Positions 28,941 through 37,621 of a DNA stretch of 64,000 nt are shown in pieces. This DNA comes from a virus. Under the pieces are notes generated by a model. It saw only the letters and a program-made list of their open reading frames with translations, was not told where the DNA came from and made no database searches. The position numbers were made by a program, and so were the translations under genes. The DNA lies in IMG/VR virus record IMGVR_UViG_3300033998_000198, positions 67,935 through 131,934 of that record, one strand, 5' to 3'. Position 1 is the first letter of the stretch; each line of letters starts with the position of its first letter.

Positions 28941-29135
28941 TTACTCGTCACCTTCGTCGGTATGATCTTTGGCAGCTCCCTGCATTTCACCGTCAACACC
29001 GAATCTCTTATTCAGTTCATCCTGTGAAATAGTGCCGTGATTGGCTGCTTCAGGAACAACCTGTCTACCATAAACTTTACCGGCCACAGCAGAACCGCTG
29101 AAGCCCATTGCTACATTTGAATTAACTATTGGCAT
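28941..29135 (-). CDS. Small hypothetical protein (64 aa)
   Basis: AGGAGG RBS before ATG at 29135. Confidence 0.55.
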   Translation of the reverse strand: MPIVNSNVAMGFSGSAVAGKVYGRQVVPEAANHGTISQDELNKRFGVDGEMQGAAKDHTDEGDE

Positions 29136-29165
29136 TGTTGCATCCCTCCTGGAATTGATTATCAC

Positions 29166-29438
29166 TTATTTAGTGATAGTGAAATATATAATGGCTTCAT
29201 AACCTTTCACCCGCACCTCAAGCGAATTTTCATCAAGCTGAACATACTCACATAATATTTCCTCTCTGCGTTTTATGGCCCATTTATGCATCTCTGTTCT
29301 CCATTTAACAACATCAAGGCCGCAGATATCCTTGTTTGTGTCAATTGCTGTTTTTAGGCTGTCATAATATTGAGCTTTACGCTCATCTCCGTTAATGAAT
29401 TCATCTAATTTTTCTTGAAATGGCCATAGAACTTTCAT
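29166..29438 (-). CDS. Hypothetical protein (90 aa)
   Basis: GGAGGAGG RBS before ATG at 29438; the longer ORF-track call overlaps the tRNA. Confidence 0.6.
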   Translation of the reverse strand: MKVLWPFQEKLDEFINGDERKAQYYDSLKTAIDTNKDICGLDVVKWRTEMHKWAIKRREEILCEYVQLDENSLEVRVKGYEAIIYFTITK

Positions 29439-29465
29439 ACAACCTCCTCCTAAGATTTGATAAAG

Positions 29466-29540
29466 TGGCAGGAGAGGCAGGATTCGAACCTGCAACCGAC
29501 GGTTTTGGAGACCGGCGTTCTACCACTGAACTACTCCCCT
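29466..29540 (-). tRNA. trnW: tRNA-Trp(CCA) with encoded CCA end; C27/U43 mismatch
   Basis: Cloverleaf AGGGGAG-TA-GTTC-AGTGGTA-GAAC-G-CCGGT-CTCCAAA-ACCGT-CGGTT-GCAGG-TTCGAAT-CCTGC-CTCTCCT-G-CCA. Confidence 0.95.
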
Positions 29541-29541
29541 A

Positions 29542-29945
29542 CGCAAGAAGGGCGAAACCATATTTGCTTGAGCTAAGGTTACCGCATTGATCTTTCAGAT
29601 CCATCGGCCTACCTTCCATTCCGGAAGGTCTTAGACATCAAGGCACAGCACGTTTACTTAGTTGCGGGGCCGTAACACCCGCTGGCTACTTGCGGCTACT
29701 CACTTACATCCGTACTTGTATCATATAATTTGACAGGATAGTGTTGGCAAGGCTGGTACTCCAAATCGTATAAATTTTCAGCAGCAGGATATATCATTTC
29801 ACCTTTCTGTCTAACCAGCAGTAAACACGTCCTCATCCCGTTCACCGGCGGGAAACCCGTTTTCCTTCTGTAGCTTTCTGCCTTAACACCAAAATTTCAG
29901 CCACCCTTCAGCCTGGGCCGGATAGGTTCCGGCGGACCTTGACAT
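29542..29945 (-). ncRNA. Candidate large structured RNA (GOLLD/ROOL-class-like) abutting tRNA-Trp
   Basis: About 400 nt with no ORF of 60 aa or more, GC-richer than flanks, many hairpins, and a long-range closing helix (29902-29909 with 29547-29554). Class assignment is from recalled similarity only. Confidence 0.55.
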
Positions 29946-29979
29946 AAAAGAGACGTGATAGAATAGATTTGTATATTTC

Positions 29980-30354
29980 TCACAACTCCTCAATCTCCCT
30001 GTAACACATTCCGACAACTCCAGGACTTTTATCGGAATCGGTTGGTTCGTAGTGTGCTTTGGGATGTTGTGGATACATCTATTCTATCATAGCGAAATTC
30101 GCAATGTCAATCAAATATTCCTTGTTGCCGGTTTCTTTGTATTTTTGAAGCCTTAACTCAAGGCTTGCAATTTCACCAACCAACTTATCACCAGAGTTAA
30201 TCCTTAATGGTCCATACTTATAGTATGACATAACCTTTGCTTTCTTGCTTGACACTCCCCATGACTAAAGTCGTTTGGATGAAGGCTAAGTTTCATGTAA
30301 ATCATCAAACTGTTCTGAATACTCAGTAGCTAATATGTCCTCTGTTCTTGCCAT
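29980..30354 (-). pseudogene. Phage hypothetical gene broken by a 48-bp IS605 hairpin and an in-frame TAG
   Basis: Removing 30249-30296 restores MARTEDILATEYSEQFDDLRKKAKVMSYYKYGP...; a later MIE*MYPQHPKAH continues in frame. Confidence 0.7.
30249..30296 (-). mobile_element. 48-bp IS200/IS605 right-end remnant
   Basis: Follows TTTAC; contains GACTTTAGTCATGGGGAG and ends TCAA. Confidence 0.65.
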
Positions 30355-30363
30355 AACCCACCT

Positions 30364-30813
30364 CTACATATCTATCTTGAGCTGAACAACCTCGACGCCG
30401 GCTTCTTCTAACATATCAAGAGATAATGTATCATCATACCCTTCTATGTACACAACCTTCTTTATGCCTGCATTAATCATCATCTTTGCACATATAACAC
30501 AAGGTTGGCATGTTACATACATGGTACTGCCATTTGTGCTTGCACCGAAGAATGCTGCTTGTGTGATTGCGTTCTGCTCTGCATGGACGGCTCGACATAA
30601 CTCGTGTCTCTCACCTGAAGGTATATTAAGCTGCTGTCTTAGACAACCAATATCTTCACAATGAGGTGAACCTGACGGAGCCCCGTTATATCCGGTTGAT
30701 ACGATATATTTATCTTTTACCAGCAAAGCTCCCACCTGTCTGCGAATGCACGTCGACCGTGTTTGTATTAGTTTGGCTATGGACAAAAAATATTCGTCCC
30801 ATGATGGCCTCAT
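30364..30813 (-). CDS. dCMP deaminase (ComEB-like)
   Basis: [24 protein letters not shown] and PCVIC zinc motifs; GGAGG RBS before 30813. Confidence 0.92.
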   Translation of the reverse strand: MRPSWDEYFLSIAKLIQTRSTCIRRQVGALLVKDKYIVSTGYNGAPSGSPHCEDIGCLRQQLNIPSGERHELCRAVHAEQNAITQAAFFGASTNGSTMYVTCQPCVICAKMMINAGIKKVVYIEGYDDTLSLDMLEEAGVEVVQLKIDM

Positions 30814-30943
30814 TTCTTTTGCCTCCTTAGAATTTCCTGCACTGTTATGCAGTCCCCTCAATCTCTATGTAGACCGGGAGAGGTGAGAGTCCTCTTATAA
30901 CTTTTTATTAACTATAGTGAACCCCCATATCATCTTTTTATGC

Positions 30944-31528
30944 CTATAATTTCTTAATACGATGTCCTGTTGAGTTGTTTTTTAATGCCTGGAATTCTTC
31001 ATTACTAAGTTCGCCAAGACCACGAGTATCCTTTGCTGCTTCTGCGGCAGCTTTTTGTGAATTTCTGTAACTTGCATTTGTTACATTCTGTGCTCCGCCA
31101 CTTATCTGAGCTGTCTTATGCTCCATAATCTTTCTGGCTGTATCCATGTCGCCTTTGGCATCATTGAATATCGTCTGTGCTATATTCTGTGCTTCTTTCT
31201 TTGAACCAGCTTCTGCAAATCCCGTATACCCTATTTCATCTGCTATATCCTGCATCTTAAACATGTCTGCTTTTGACATTATAGACTTTGTACTTGTCTT
31301 TGCAGTAGCTTCTGCACCTTTAGCGACGCTTGCTGCCGCAGCTTTGCCTTCGGCCGCTGCAATTTTCTCAGCACCTTTTGCTGCTTCTTTAACGCCTTGT
31401 TTGGCACCTTTCTTAAACAAGCCTTTAGCGGCACCAACACCAAGGAAGATAGCACCCGCTGCGAGAGCTACGTTAAATAACCCGTTCTCGCCTGCATCTT
31501 TGTTTGACTCAATTTGACTATCAGCCAT
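30944..31528 (-). CDS. Ala/Lys-rich protein with N-terminal hydrophobic segment
   Basis: LFNVALAAGAIFLGVGAA followed by AAK/AAE repeats; GGAGG RBS. Confidence 0.6.
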   Translation of the reverse strand: MADSQIESNKDAGENGLFNVALAAGAIFLGVGAAKGLFKKGAKQGVKEAAKGAEKIAAAEGKAAAASVAKGAEATAKTSTKSIMSKADMFKMQDIADEIGYTGFAEAGSKKEAQNIAQTIFNDAKGDMDTARKIMEHKTAQISGGAQNVTNASYRNSQKAAAEAAKDTRGLGELSNEEFQALKNNSTGHRIKKL

Positions 31529-32022
31529 TATAATACCTCCTTTACTATCTGCTTGAACTGATCAAGCGTAATAACTGTGTGTGGAACCTTGAATAATTTA
31601 ATTCCCTTGGTTCTTAATATTTCTTCCTTAAGTTTATCACATTTCTGGAGATATTGGAATTCCTCCTCAGTCTGGAAATATTGCTTTGTATCGTGTTGCT
31701 GGCCTTCTACTTCAATTGCGAAATGCGGTTTATTTCCGTATACAAATACGTCAAGTTGCATCGGATAACCTTTTGGAGATGGCAGCCATGAATAATATCC
31801 GCCAAATATAACAGGTCGATCCGGAAACAACTCTCTTACAAACATTTGTATTCGAAATTCCAGTTTACTGCGTTGAGGTATCGGTGTACGTTTTGGCTTC
31901 CTATAAACAGAAGCCGGCGAGTGTTCCTTGCAATATCCCGGTTTCTTTGTAGTATATTCAACAACCTTCCCGCACTTCTTGCATGTTGTAGTCTTGATCC
32001 TTATTTCCTTCTTCTTGGCCAT
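31528..32022 (-). CDS. Zn-finger + Vsr/DUF559-like PD-(D/E)XK endonuclease
   Basis: CKKC...C..H; SKLE, QLDVFV, AIEVEGQQH and D..KEEIL motifs; GGAGG RBS before 32022. Confidence 0.7.
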   Translation of the reverse strand: MAKKKEIRIKTTTCKKCGKVVEYTTKKPGYCKEHSPASVYRKPKRTPIPQRSKLEFRIQMFVRELFPDRPVIFGGYYSWLPSPKGYPMQLDVFVYGNKPHFAIEVEGQQHDTKQYFQTEEEFQYLQKCDKLKEEILRTKGIKLFKVPHTVITLDQFKQIVKEVL

Positions 32023-32848
32023 GAATAATCGCCTCCAGCTTGCGTTGTGCAGCCATCCTGCGACGGTTAATCGTAGCACGACATACTCCACATTGCTCAC
32101 CGATGTCTTGATCCCTCAGTTTGTCTACATAGTAGAGCTTCAGGATTTTCCGTTCAAATGAGGTTAACTTCTTGAACGGCTCACAGCACGTATATCCATC
32201 TATCCATGCAATATCAAATATCGCATTGTCGTATGGATTCTTGCATATCACTGGTTTTAACCTAACGTCGGACTCATAGAACTTTTTTATTGTATAATGC
32301 CAATCTGCAATCTCCAATGCTTTGTCAAATTGGTCTTCTATACTTTCATCGCTTTCAAACTCGTCTTCATAACTAATTAATGATTTGCTTACCGGATCAG
32401 TAAAATACTTTGTAGTCTTCCACCAGAACCATTTGTAGAAGCATTTGTCAACATAGTTATGAAAACTTGGTTTGGTATCCTTGTAGCATTTAGCCATTTC
32501 AAGAATGACAGCTATTGCTTCTGCCTTCATTTCTTCGTACCCGTACTGTGAGAGCAGATATGAAACGACTTTACTTGTTTCATATAGCTGCTCTCTTACG
32601 GTATATCTCTTTTTATAGTTGTTAACCTGTGACCGAATGCTCTTGTCAGCAATAAACATGCCTACAAAATTCCTTAGCGTAAAGTCATTTATATTGAAAG
32701 TTTCATTCATAATGAAATCCAGAAACTTCTCAATAAACCATGAAAATGACTCTAATATCTGTATGGCAGCATCCATATTACCGGCTTTATATTGAAAGGC
32801 CAGGTTATGAATTTTTTGATAATCTTCCTTTGTAAAATTTGGTGCCAT
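31958..32848 (-). CDS. Phage sigma-70 family sigma factor
   Basis: AFQYKAGNMDAAIQIL (region 1.2/2-like) and LTSFERKILKLYYVDKLRDQDIGEQCGVCRATINRRR (region 4 HTH). Confidence 0.75.
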   Translation of the reverse strand: MAPNFTKEDYQKIHNLAFQYKAGNMDAAIQILESFSWFIEKFLDFIMNETFNINDFTLRNFVGMFIADKSIRSQVNNYKKRYTVREQLYETSKVVSYLLSQYGYEEMKAEAIAVILEMAKCYKDTKPSFHNYVDKCFYKWFWWKTTKYFTDPVSKSLISYEDEFESDESIEDQFDKALEIADWHYTIKKFYESDVRLKPVICKNPYDNAIFDIAWIDGYTCCEPFKKLTSFERKILKLYYVDKLRDQDIGEQCGVCRATINRRRMAAQRKLEAIIHGQEEGNKDQDYNMQEVREGC

Positions 32849-32852
32849 ATTA

Positions 32853-33347
32853 TCAATCCTTATATGAGTATACTGCTGCCACAGCATCATAAATATCGCT
32901 GGTCTTTTGTTTATTTGATTTGTCGCTAAAAGGTCCTATGTTTTGCACCTTCTCATTATCCTTATAGATTACAAGAAGCGTTGCTGCAACATCTTCTTTC
33001 TCTGCTTTACCATTACCTGTAACGGCCTGTTTAATTTCAGAAGGAGATATGTACTTAACAGATATATTTGCCATCTTTAGCAGAACAACAATTCCGCCAC
33101 GAAGTCTTGATAACTGTAGAGCTGTCTTGGCGTTTCTGTATACGAATTGAGATTCCATTATGACGGCATCTATCTTGTGTTCTCTTGCTTTCTGAAGAAT
33201 CTGTACTGCAATTTGAAATATGCGTTCATCTTCTTCTGATTTATTCGTTGTTGTTATCCTGCCTAAATCAACAATATCCTCGTCTATTTTGACCGCCCAT
33301 CCTGTAGATGAAATGGATGGGTCCAAGCCCATCACCCTATTTGCCAT
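32853..33347 (-). CDS. ruvC: RuvC-like Holliday junction resolvase
   Basis: MGLDPSISSTGW, VIMES, SPSEIKQAVTGNGKAEK and DIYDAVA motifs. Confidence 0.85.
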   Translation of the reverse strand: MANRVMGLDPSISSTGWAVKIDEDIVDLGRITTTNKSEEDERIFQIAVQILQKAREHKIDAVIMESQFVYRNAKTALQLSRLRGGIVVLLKMANISVKYISPSEIKQAVTGNGKAEKEDVAATLLVIYKDNEKVQNIGPFSDKSNKQKTSDIYDAVAAVYSYKD

Positions 33348-33480
33348 CGTCCTTTACCTCACTTATTTTGACGTTAGCAGGCAATTCCTTGTCTTTCAAT
33401 TGTTCTGCCGCCTCTTTGTCCTTGATGATTGTGTCACCATTCTCATCGAGAATAATCTTACCGAAGTCAATTCTGTCCAT
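33337..33480 (-). CDS. Small hypothetical protein (47 aa; below ORF-track cutoff)
   Basis: GGAGG RBS; MDRIDFGKIILDENGDTIIKDKEAAEQL...; overlaps the ruvC start. Confidence 0.55.
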   Translation of the reverse strand: MDRIDFGKIILDENGDTIIKDKEAAEQLKDKELPANVKISEVKDDGK

Positions 33481-33577
33481 GCTTACACCTCCTCTACAGT
33501 AACGTCAGCTCCCCATATGGCTTTAAGCTGAGTCATTCATTAACTGCAAACCGCTTATCGATCCAGGTTTTAACTGA

Positions 33578-34399
33578 TTACCTCTTGGTTGCATTAATGG
33601 CATTAAAATCACTCCCTGGTTTAATTATACCATAATCCATATTGGTATCACATACCAGTCTATATGGGCATGTATAGCACTTGCTGTCAGGGTTGGCATA
33701 GAATAGATTATGGTTTATTGCATAGGCGACGCACTTCACTGTGTGCTCCAGAACTTTGAAATCTCGTTCAGAACGAGTAGTTTTGTGTACTTTCTTTTTA
33801 TCAAGTCCAAAGTATACAATGACATCCTCTTTTGTATTGAAAGTCTTACGAAATGCATAGCTTGCCGCCGTAATTTCAAGATCATTACCTACAGCAACTT
33901 TGTTATGAACCTTGTCATTGTTCTTAAAATCAATGATCTCAATAATTGGAATATCTTTGTCTTTTATTTCTCTTATAAGTTCCCATGAGCCTGTAAGGAA
34001 TATATTATCACCAAGATCTACTTTGTAAGGATGGTTTATTGCAAGTAAAATACCAGGGTCTTTCCTGTAATAGTTGAATACATACACAAGGGTATCGACC
34101 CCACGTTTTCTACGTTCGTTTTCAATAACTCCCCATGATAATGACTTGGAGTATACGATATCATATTTGGTTTTGTTCCCGAGCCATAGCGACCCCCATA
34201 TCCTTGTCACTTCCCGGAGTGTCACGCTCTCATTGTTCTGTAAAGCATTGAAGAACGAATAGATCGCTCGATGGATGTCATATTCATATTTTTCTATAAT
34301 GCTGATCTTCTTTTTCTTCTTAGACTTGTTCAGATACTTGTGTTTGTACATCATTGGGCAGAAGCAATAGTCAAGAACTTCCCTGATATCGATATCCAT
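33578..34399 (-). CDS. PD-(D/E)XK nuclease, RecB/AddB/Cas4-like
   Basis: N-terminal CP, IIDFK motif and C-terminal C..CPYR..C Fe-S-type cysteines. Confidence 0.7.
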   Translation of the reverse strand: MDIDIREVLDYCFCPMMYKHKYLNKSKKKKKISIIEKYEYDIHRAIYSFFNALQNNESVTLREVTRIWGSLWLGNKTKYDIVYSKSLSWGVIENERRKRGVDTLVYVFNYYRKDPGILLAINHPYKVDLGDNIFLTGSWELIREIKDKDIPIIEIIDFKNNDKVHNKVAVGNDLEITAASYAFRKTFNTKEDVIVYFGLDKKKVHKTTRSERDFKVLEHTVKCVAYAINHNLFYANPDSKCYTCPYRLVCDTNMDYGIIKPGSDFNAINATKR

Positions 34400-34746
34400 T
34401 ATCTTCGCTTCCTTTCGGTAAGCAGACCAGGTGTACTTCTGTCAGCCAAATCAAACATCTGTTGCATACATGCATTGTGCATGTGCCATTTGAATTCACG
34501 TTTTCGTGTTGCCGGATCTTTACTGAATGCTTCCGGCGGCATTGGCTGTCCGCAGATCTGACAATGAATGATTTCTCCAGGCTTTGGTAGAGGTGGAAGC
34601 ATGATGTTCCTTTTTGTCTGGTCGACATTACGTATGAAATTTTCAGTTTGCTCTGTACTTGAGAAATTAGACAGATGTTCTTTTCTCTCCTCGTCAGACA
34701 TCTGAGAAATATCAATTTCTTGCCGGCTGTACCTTTGCTTTTCCAT
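34399..34746 (-). CDS. Hypothetical Zn-binding protein
   Basis: CQICG...H.H..C; GGAGG RBS before 34746. Confidence 0.55.
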   Translation of the reverse strand: MEKQRYSRQEIDISQMSDEERKEHLSNFSSTEQTENFIRNVDQTKRNIMLPPLPKPGEIIHCQICGQPMPPEAFSKDPATRKREFKWHMHNACMQQMFDLADRSTPGLLTERKRR

Positions 34747-34939
34747 CTCTATAACCTCCATTTATAATTACGGTAAACGACCTTCCTGTGTAATTGTAAT
34801 ACTCAAATACATGGTTGGCCGTAATTTCTATTATACACGAATTTGATATTATGGTTTGCCCAAGAGGATTGCTTCCTTCTTTTACAATGGAGTCAACACA
34901 TTCCATTAGGTATTCATCAAAATTACTTACCCTTCTCAT
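34712..34939 (-). CDS. Hypothetical protein
   Basis: GAGG RBS; fills the operon gap. Confidence 0.5.
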   Translation of the reverse strand: MRRVSNFDEYLMECVDSIVKEGSNPLGQTIISNSCIIEITANHVFEYYNYTGRSFTVIINGGYRDGKAKVQPARN

Positions 34940-34947
34940 AGGCTACC

Positions 34948-35781
34948 TCACATGACTTGGTACGGTTCTCCGCACGACATTTTGCCTTCTGTGCATTGAC
35001 CTCTTGTACAGGGTGCACCGGCATATTTGAATAATACTGGTGAAACTTCTCTGCATATCTCCAGTATTTTTGTTGCTACTTCCCTAATTTCCCACTGAGC
35101 ACGTTTACAATGGCGTAGCTTTAAGAAGTGAAACAATTCCCTGACATTCATTGTCATGATAATTGTTGTTTGAATTCCGTTAGGTAGTATGTATCTTGCA
35201 TCTTCAAATGCCTTTTTCTCTACCTTCCTGGACATGGTTTGATATTTGTCTGGCATATATTTTTTAAGCATCTGTGCGAATTTGATACCTCTGTCGTGAT
35301 CTGGAACCATGCCGATCAATTCTTTTATGAGTCCCATGTTTGAGTGTTTGCTTAGTTCTAATTCTATATAATCGTCAATTAACAACGCTACAACTTCCCT
35401 GTAGGTTTCAAGGCACATATCCATTGCTCTGTCAAATTTGAATCTGGCCAGGGAGTTATTCTCAATCACAGGAGGGAAACGAAGTTTCCCGTTTGAACGG
35501 TTTGTATATCTTCCTGACTGGATTGAGTAGCTTGCAATTCTGTGCCTTGTTAGCTGTTGCTCTGTAATTCTTGACACACCTTCTATCGCAAACGTAAACG
35601 ACGCATGTTCAAAAGGTGATTCGTGTCCCATGTCATGAAGTGTTTCGATAAACTTGTCAATATCACTGTTTTCTATCTTCTCCATCAGTTCATCTATCGT
35701 AGATGAACTGTAACAGAGCTTTGCAGCAGAAGCAATAAGTTTATCAGGATTTTCTGTATGTGCAAGTAGCTTTACTATCAT
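34948..35781 (-). CDS. thyX: FAD-dependent thymidylate synthase
   Basis: GHESPFEH, QLTRHRIASYSIQSGRY, ARYILP and HAQ-like RAQWEIR motifs. Confidence 0.93.
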   Translation of the reverse strand: MIVKLLAHTENPDKLIASAAKLCYSSSTIDELMEKIENSDIDKFIETLHDMGHESPFEHASFTFAIEGVSRITEQQLTRHRIASYSIQSGRYTNRSNGKLRFPPVIENNSLARFKFDRAMDMCLETYREVVALLIDDYIELELSKHSNMGLIKELIGMVPDHDRGIKFAQMLKKYMPDKYQTMSRKVEKKAFEDARYILPNGIQTTIIMTMNVRELFHFLKLRHCKRAQWEIREVATKILEICREVSPVLFKYAGAPCTRGQCTEGKMSCGEPYQVM

Positions 35782-36149
35782 TTTTCCGCCTCCTTTGCCA
35801 TATTTCTAATGGCTTCTTTGATTTCAGTAGTCGCATTGATAGCAAAGTTATTACGACGGATCATAAACTTTCTGTCCTTGTATGTATGAACACATATAGG
35901 AATAGTGCAAGTTTGACACCTAACGTAAAGATGACTTGCCTTATTGCGGCATTTGCTACATATAGGGCAAGGGTCATACAATGCACATGTGTGGAATTTT
36001 GGTTCTTCCTTGAAAAAATCTTTATTATTAGCGAACAGACGTTTATTACCTTCAAGAGCTCTGCGAAGTTTTTGTTCATCAAATACAGTAAGCCCTTCGT
36101 CATTTGTTGTTGTTGCCATGTCGTAAAGACCTTGGATTAAACTATTCAT
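35778..36149 (-). CDS. Hypothetical Cys-rich protein
   Basis: C..CP.CSKC...C..C..C cluster; coupled to thyX. Confidence 0.55.
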   Translation of the reverse strand: MNSLIQGLYDMATTTNDEGLTVFDEQKLRRALEGNKRLFANNKDFFKEEPKFHTCALYDPCPICSKCRNKASHLYVRCQTCTIPICVHTYKDRKFMIRRNNFAINATTEIKEAIRNMAKEAEK

Positions 36150-36168
36150 ATTTTAACCCCCGTAAATT

Positions 36169-36549
36169 CTATTCTTCTTCTTCTACAGTTATAACTCTGA
36201 CCGGTATTGTTGCACCTTCTGCTATATGCCACGTAAAATTATCGATTGGCTTGTCAGAAGATAGCGTAAATATCAGCTCAGGTATTTCATCGGCGACAAA
36301 CAGAGGTTTGTCAATAACCGCATCGATCCTTACATTGTCCGGAAATCCGAGCTTCATAGCAACAAGCTCATACGTCAGCACAGAAGCCTTCTGCTGTACG
36401 CTTTTGCTGGTATGAATAGACTCATGCAATTGAATCGTTTCGTTCCCTGAGTCAACAGAAATCTTGTATGTAGTCGTTGGCTGTTTACTCTTTCCGAATG
36501 CCCGATGAATAAGCGAATAAGGAACCGATATTCTGCCTTTGCATTTCAA
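36169..36549 (-). CDS. Hypothetical protein
   Basis: TTG start with GGAGG RBS. Confidence 0.55.
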   Translation of the reverse strand: MKCKGRISVPYSLIHRAFGKSKQPTTTYKISVDSGNETIQLHESIHTSKSVQQKASVLTYELVAMKLGFPDNVRIDAVIDKPLFVADEIPELIFTLSSDKPIDNFTWHIAEGATIPVRVITVEEEE

Positions 36550-36579
36550 GCTGACTACCTCCTTTCAACATCTAAGTTA

Positions 36580-36608
36580 ATTTTACTACATTTTGTTACA
36601 AATGTCCA
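36580..36608 (-). promoter_or_regulatory. Sigma-A-like promoter TGGACA-N17-TAAAAT
   Basis: Near-consensus hexamers with 17-nt spacing upstream of the thyX/sigma operon. Confidence 0.55.
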
Positions 36609-36635
36609 TCAGTGATGCATAATATGAATGTAAAA

Positions 36636-36668
36636 CGGGAACCCTAAGTTATTATACCAAGGTTCCCG
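36636..36668 (-). terminator. Hairpin terminator candidate
   Basis: CGGGAACC/GGTTCCCG stem downstream of the 36683 gene. Confidence 0.45.
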
Positions 36669-36682
36669 CCCCATTGCCGACA

Positions 36683-37414
36683 TTATATCGTATACCCTTT
36701 AAACACTAAGCCTTTGAGGTCACCATTCAGTTCGTTCAGAGTCATCTGGGCATCTTGTATCGTGTTGATAAATTCCGATAAATATGTATCCAGGATAACT
36801 GCTGCCTTGGTCTTAACGTCGGTATAAAACACGGAGTTACATATACTGACGAGCATCTGTGGTGTGTTTTCGATACGCTTGTAATGCCATTTGTTAAACT
36901 TCTCCATGACAATACTCAGAACACGTTGCTCCTCGGCTGTATACCGTTGAGTCACATAGTAGCTTGCGTATTGTTCAATGGCAGCCTGAAAGAGTTTCAT
37001 GTGCTCATTATAGAGCTCCGTTGAATCCTCAATCTTACCTTCGTCTACGTTATCACAGAGTTCCATCAATAAGTTCGACCATATATCCATCTTAGCTATC
37101 AGAATATCCCTGAACACTTCTTCTTTTCCCTTATTCGGTAAAGTAAAAGAATAATTCAGATGTTGTTTCAGTGCCTGGATTCTGGTGAAGAAAGGGTGGT
37201 CTGTGAGATAGACTTCAGAAGAAGGTTGCTTCTTTTCGCTGTCTTCCGAATCTGCATCTAATTCAGGGTCAGCGTCCGGATCATCCTTCGGTAGTTTACC
37301 ATTGGTTGCTCGACGTTTGATTATATAAGCTGTTGCACCGATTATAGGAGCGGCTGCACCAATCACAGCAATCAATACGTCAATGAAAGTCTTTGAACCT
37401 TGTTGATCAGCCAT
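36683..37414 (-). CDS. Single-pass membrane protein
   Basis: Probable start MADQQ; TM segment FIDVLIAVIGAAAPIIGATAYII followed by basic residues and an acidic linker. Confidence 0.55.
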   Translation of the reverse strand: MADQQGSKTFIDVLIAVIGAAAPIIGATAYIIKRRATNGKLPKDDPDADPELDADSEDSEKKQPSSEVYLTDHPFFTRIQALKQHLNYSFTLPNKGKEEVFRDILIAKMDIWSNLLMELCDNVDEGKIEDSTELYNEHMKLFQAAIEQYASYYVTQRYTAEEQRVLSIVMEKFNKWHYKRIENTPQMLVSICNSVFYTDVKTKAAVILDTYLSEFINTIQDAQMTLNELNGDLKGLVFKGYTI

Positions 37415-37621
37415 GTTTTGAGCCCCCTCAAAACTATAGATGACCGCTGTTACGGCCTTTGGAGCAGACGGCTCCTTCATGTACAAATTGTACAAATTAA
37501 AGTAGCACAGTGTTACCAATGCTACTTTAATTATACTTCATTTTAGGTAGGATTTACAATATGGATATGCATGTTTTAACATATGACCTCCTAACGCTTA
37601 AACCTCTTTATATAATCGTTC

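Noticed and set aside
29697-29798. 33-codon ORF (MIYPAAENL...) inside the RNA candidate
   Set aside because: SD-to-ATG spacing is too short and there is no other support; coordinates approximate.
29542-29945. tmRNA, RNase P RNA or group II intron
   Set aside because: Lacks tmRNA acceptor ends and tag, the GAGGAAAGUCC of RNase P RNA, and a domain V motif.
33578-34399. CRISPR-Cas locus around the Cas4-like gene
   Set aside because: No repeat-spacer array or other cas genes; the TTATAA repeats elsewhere are IS ends.
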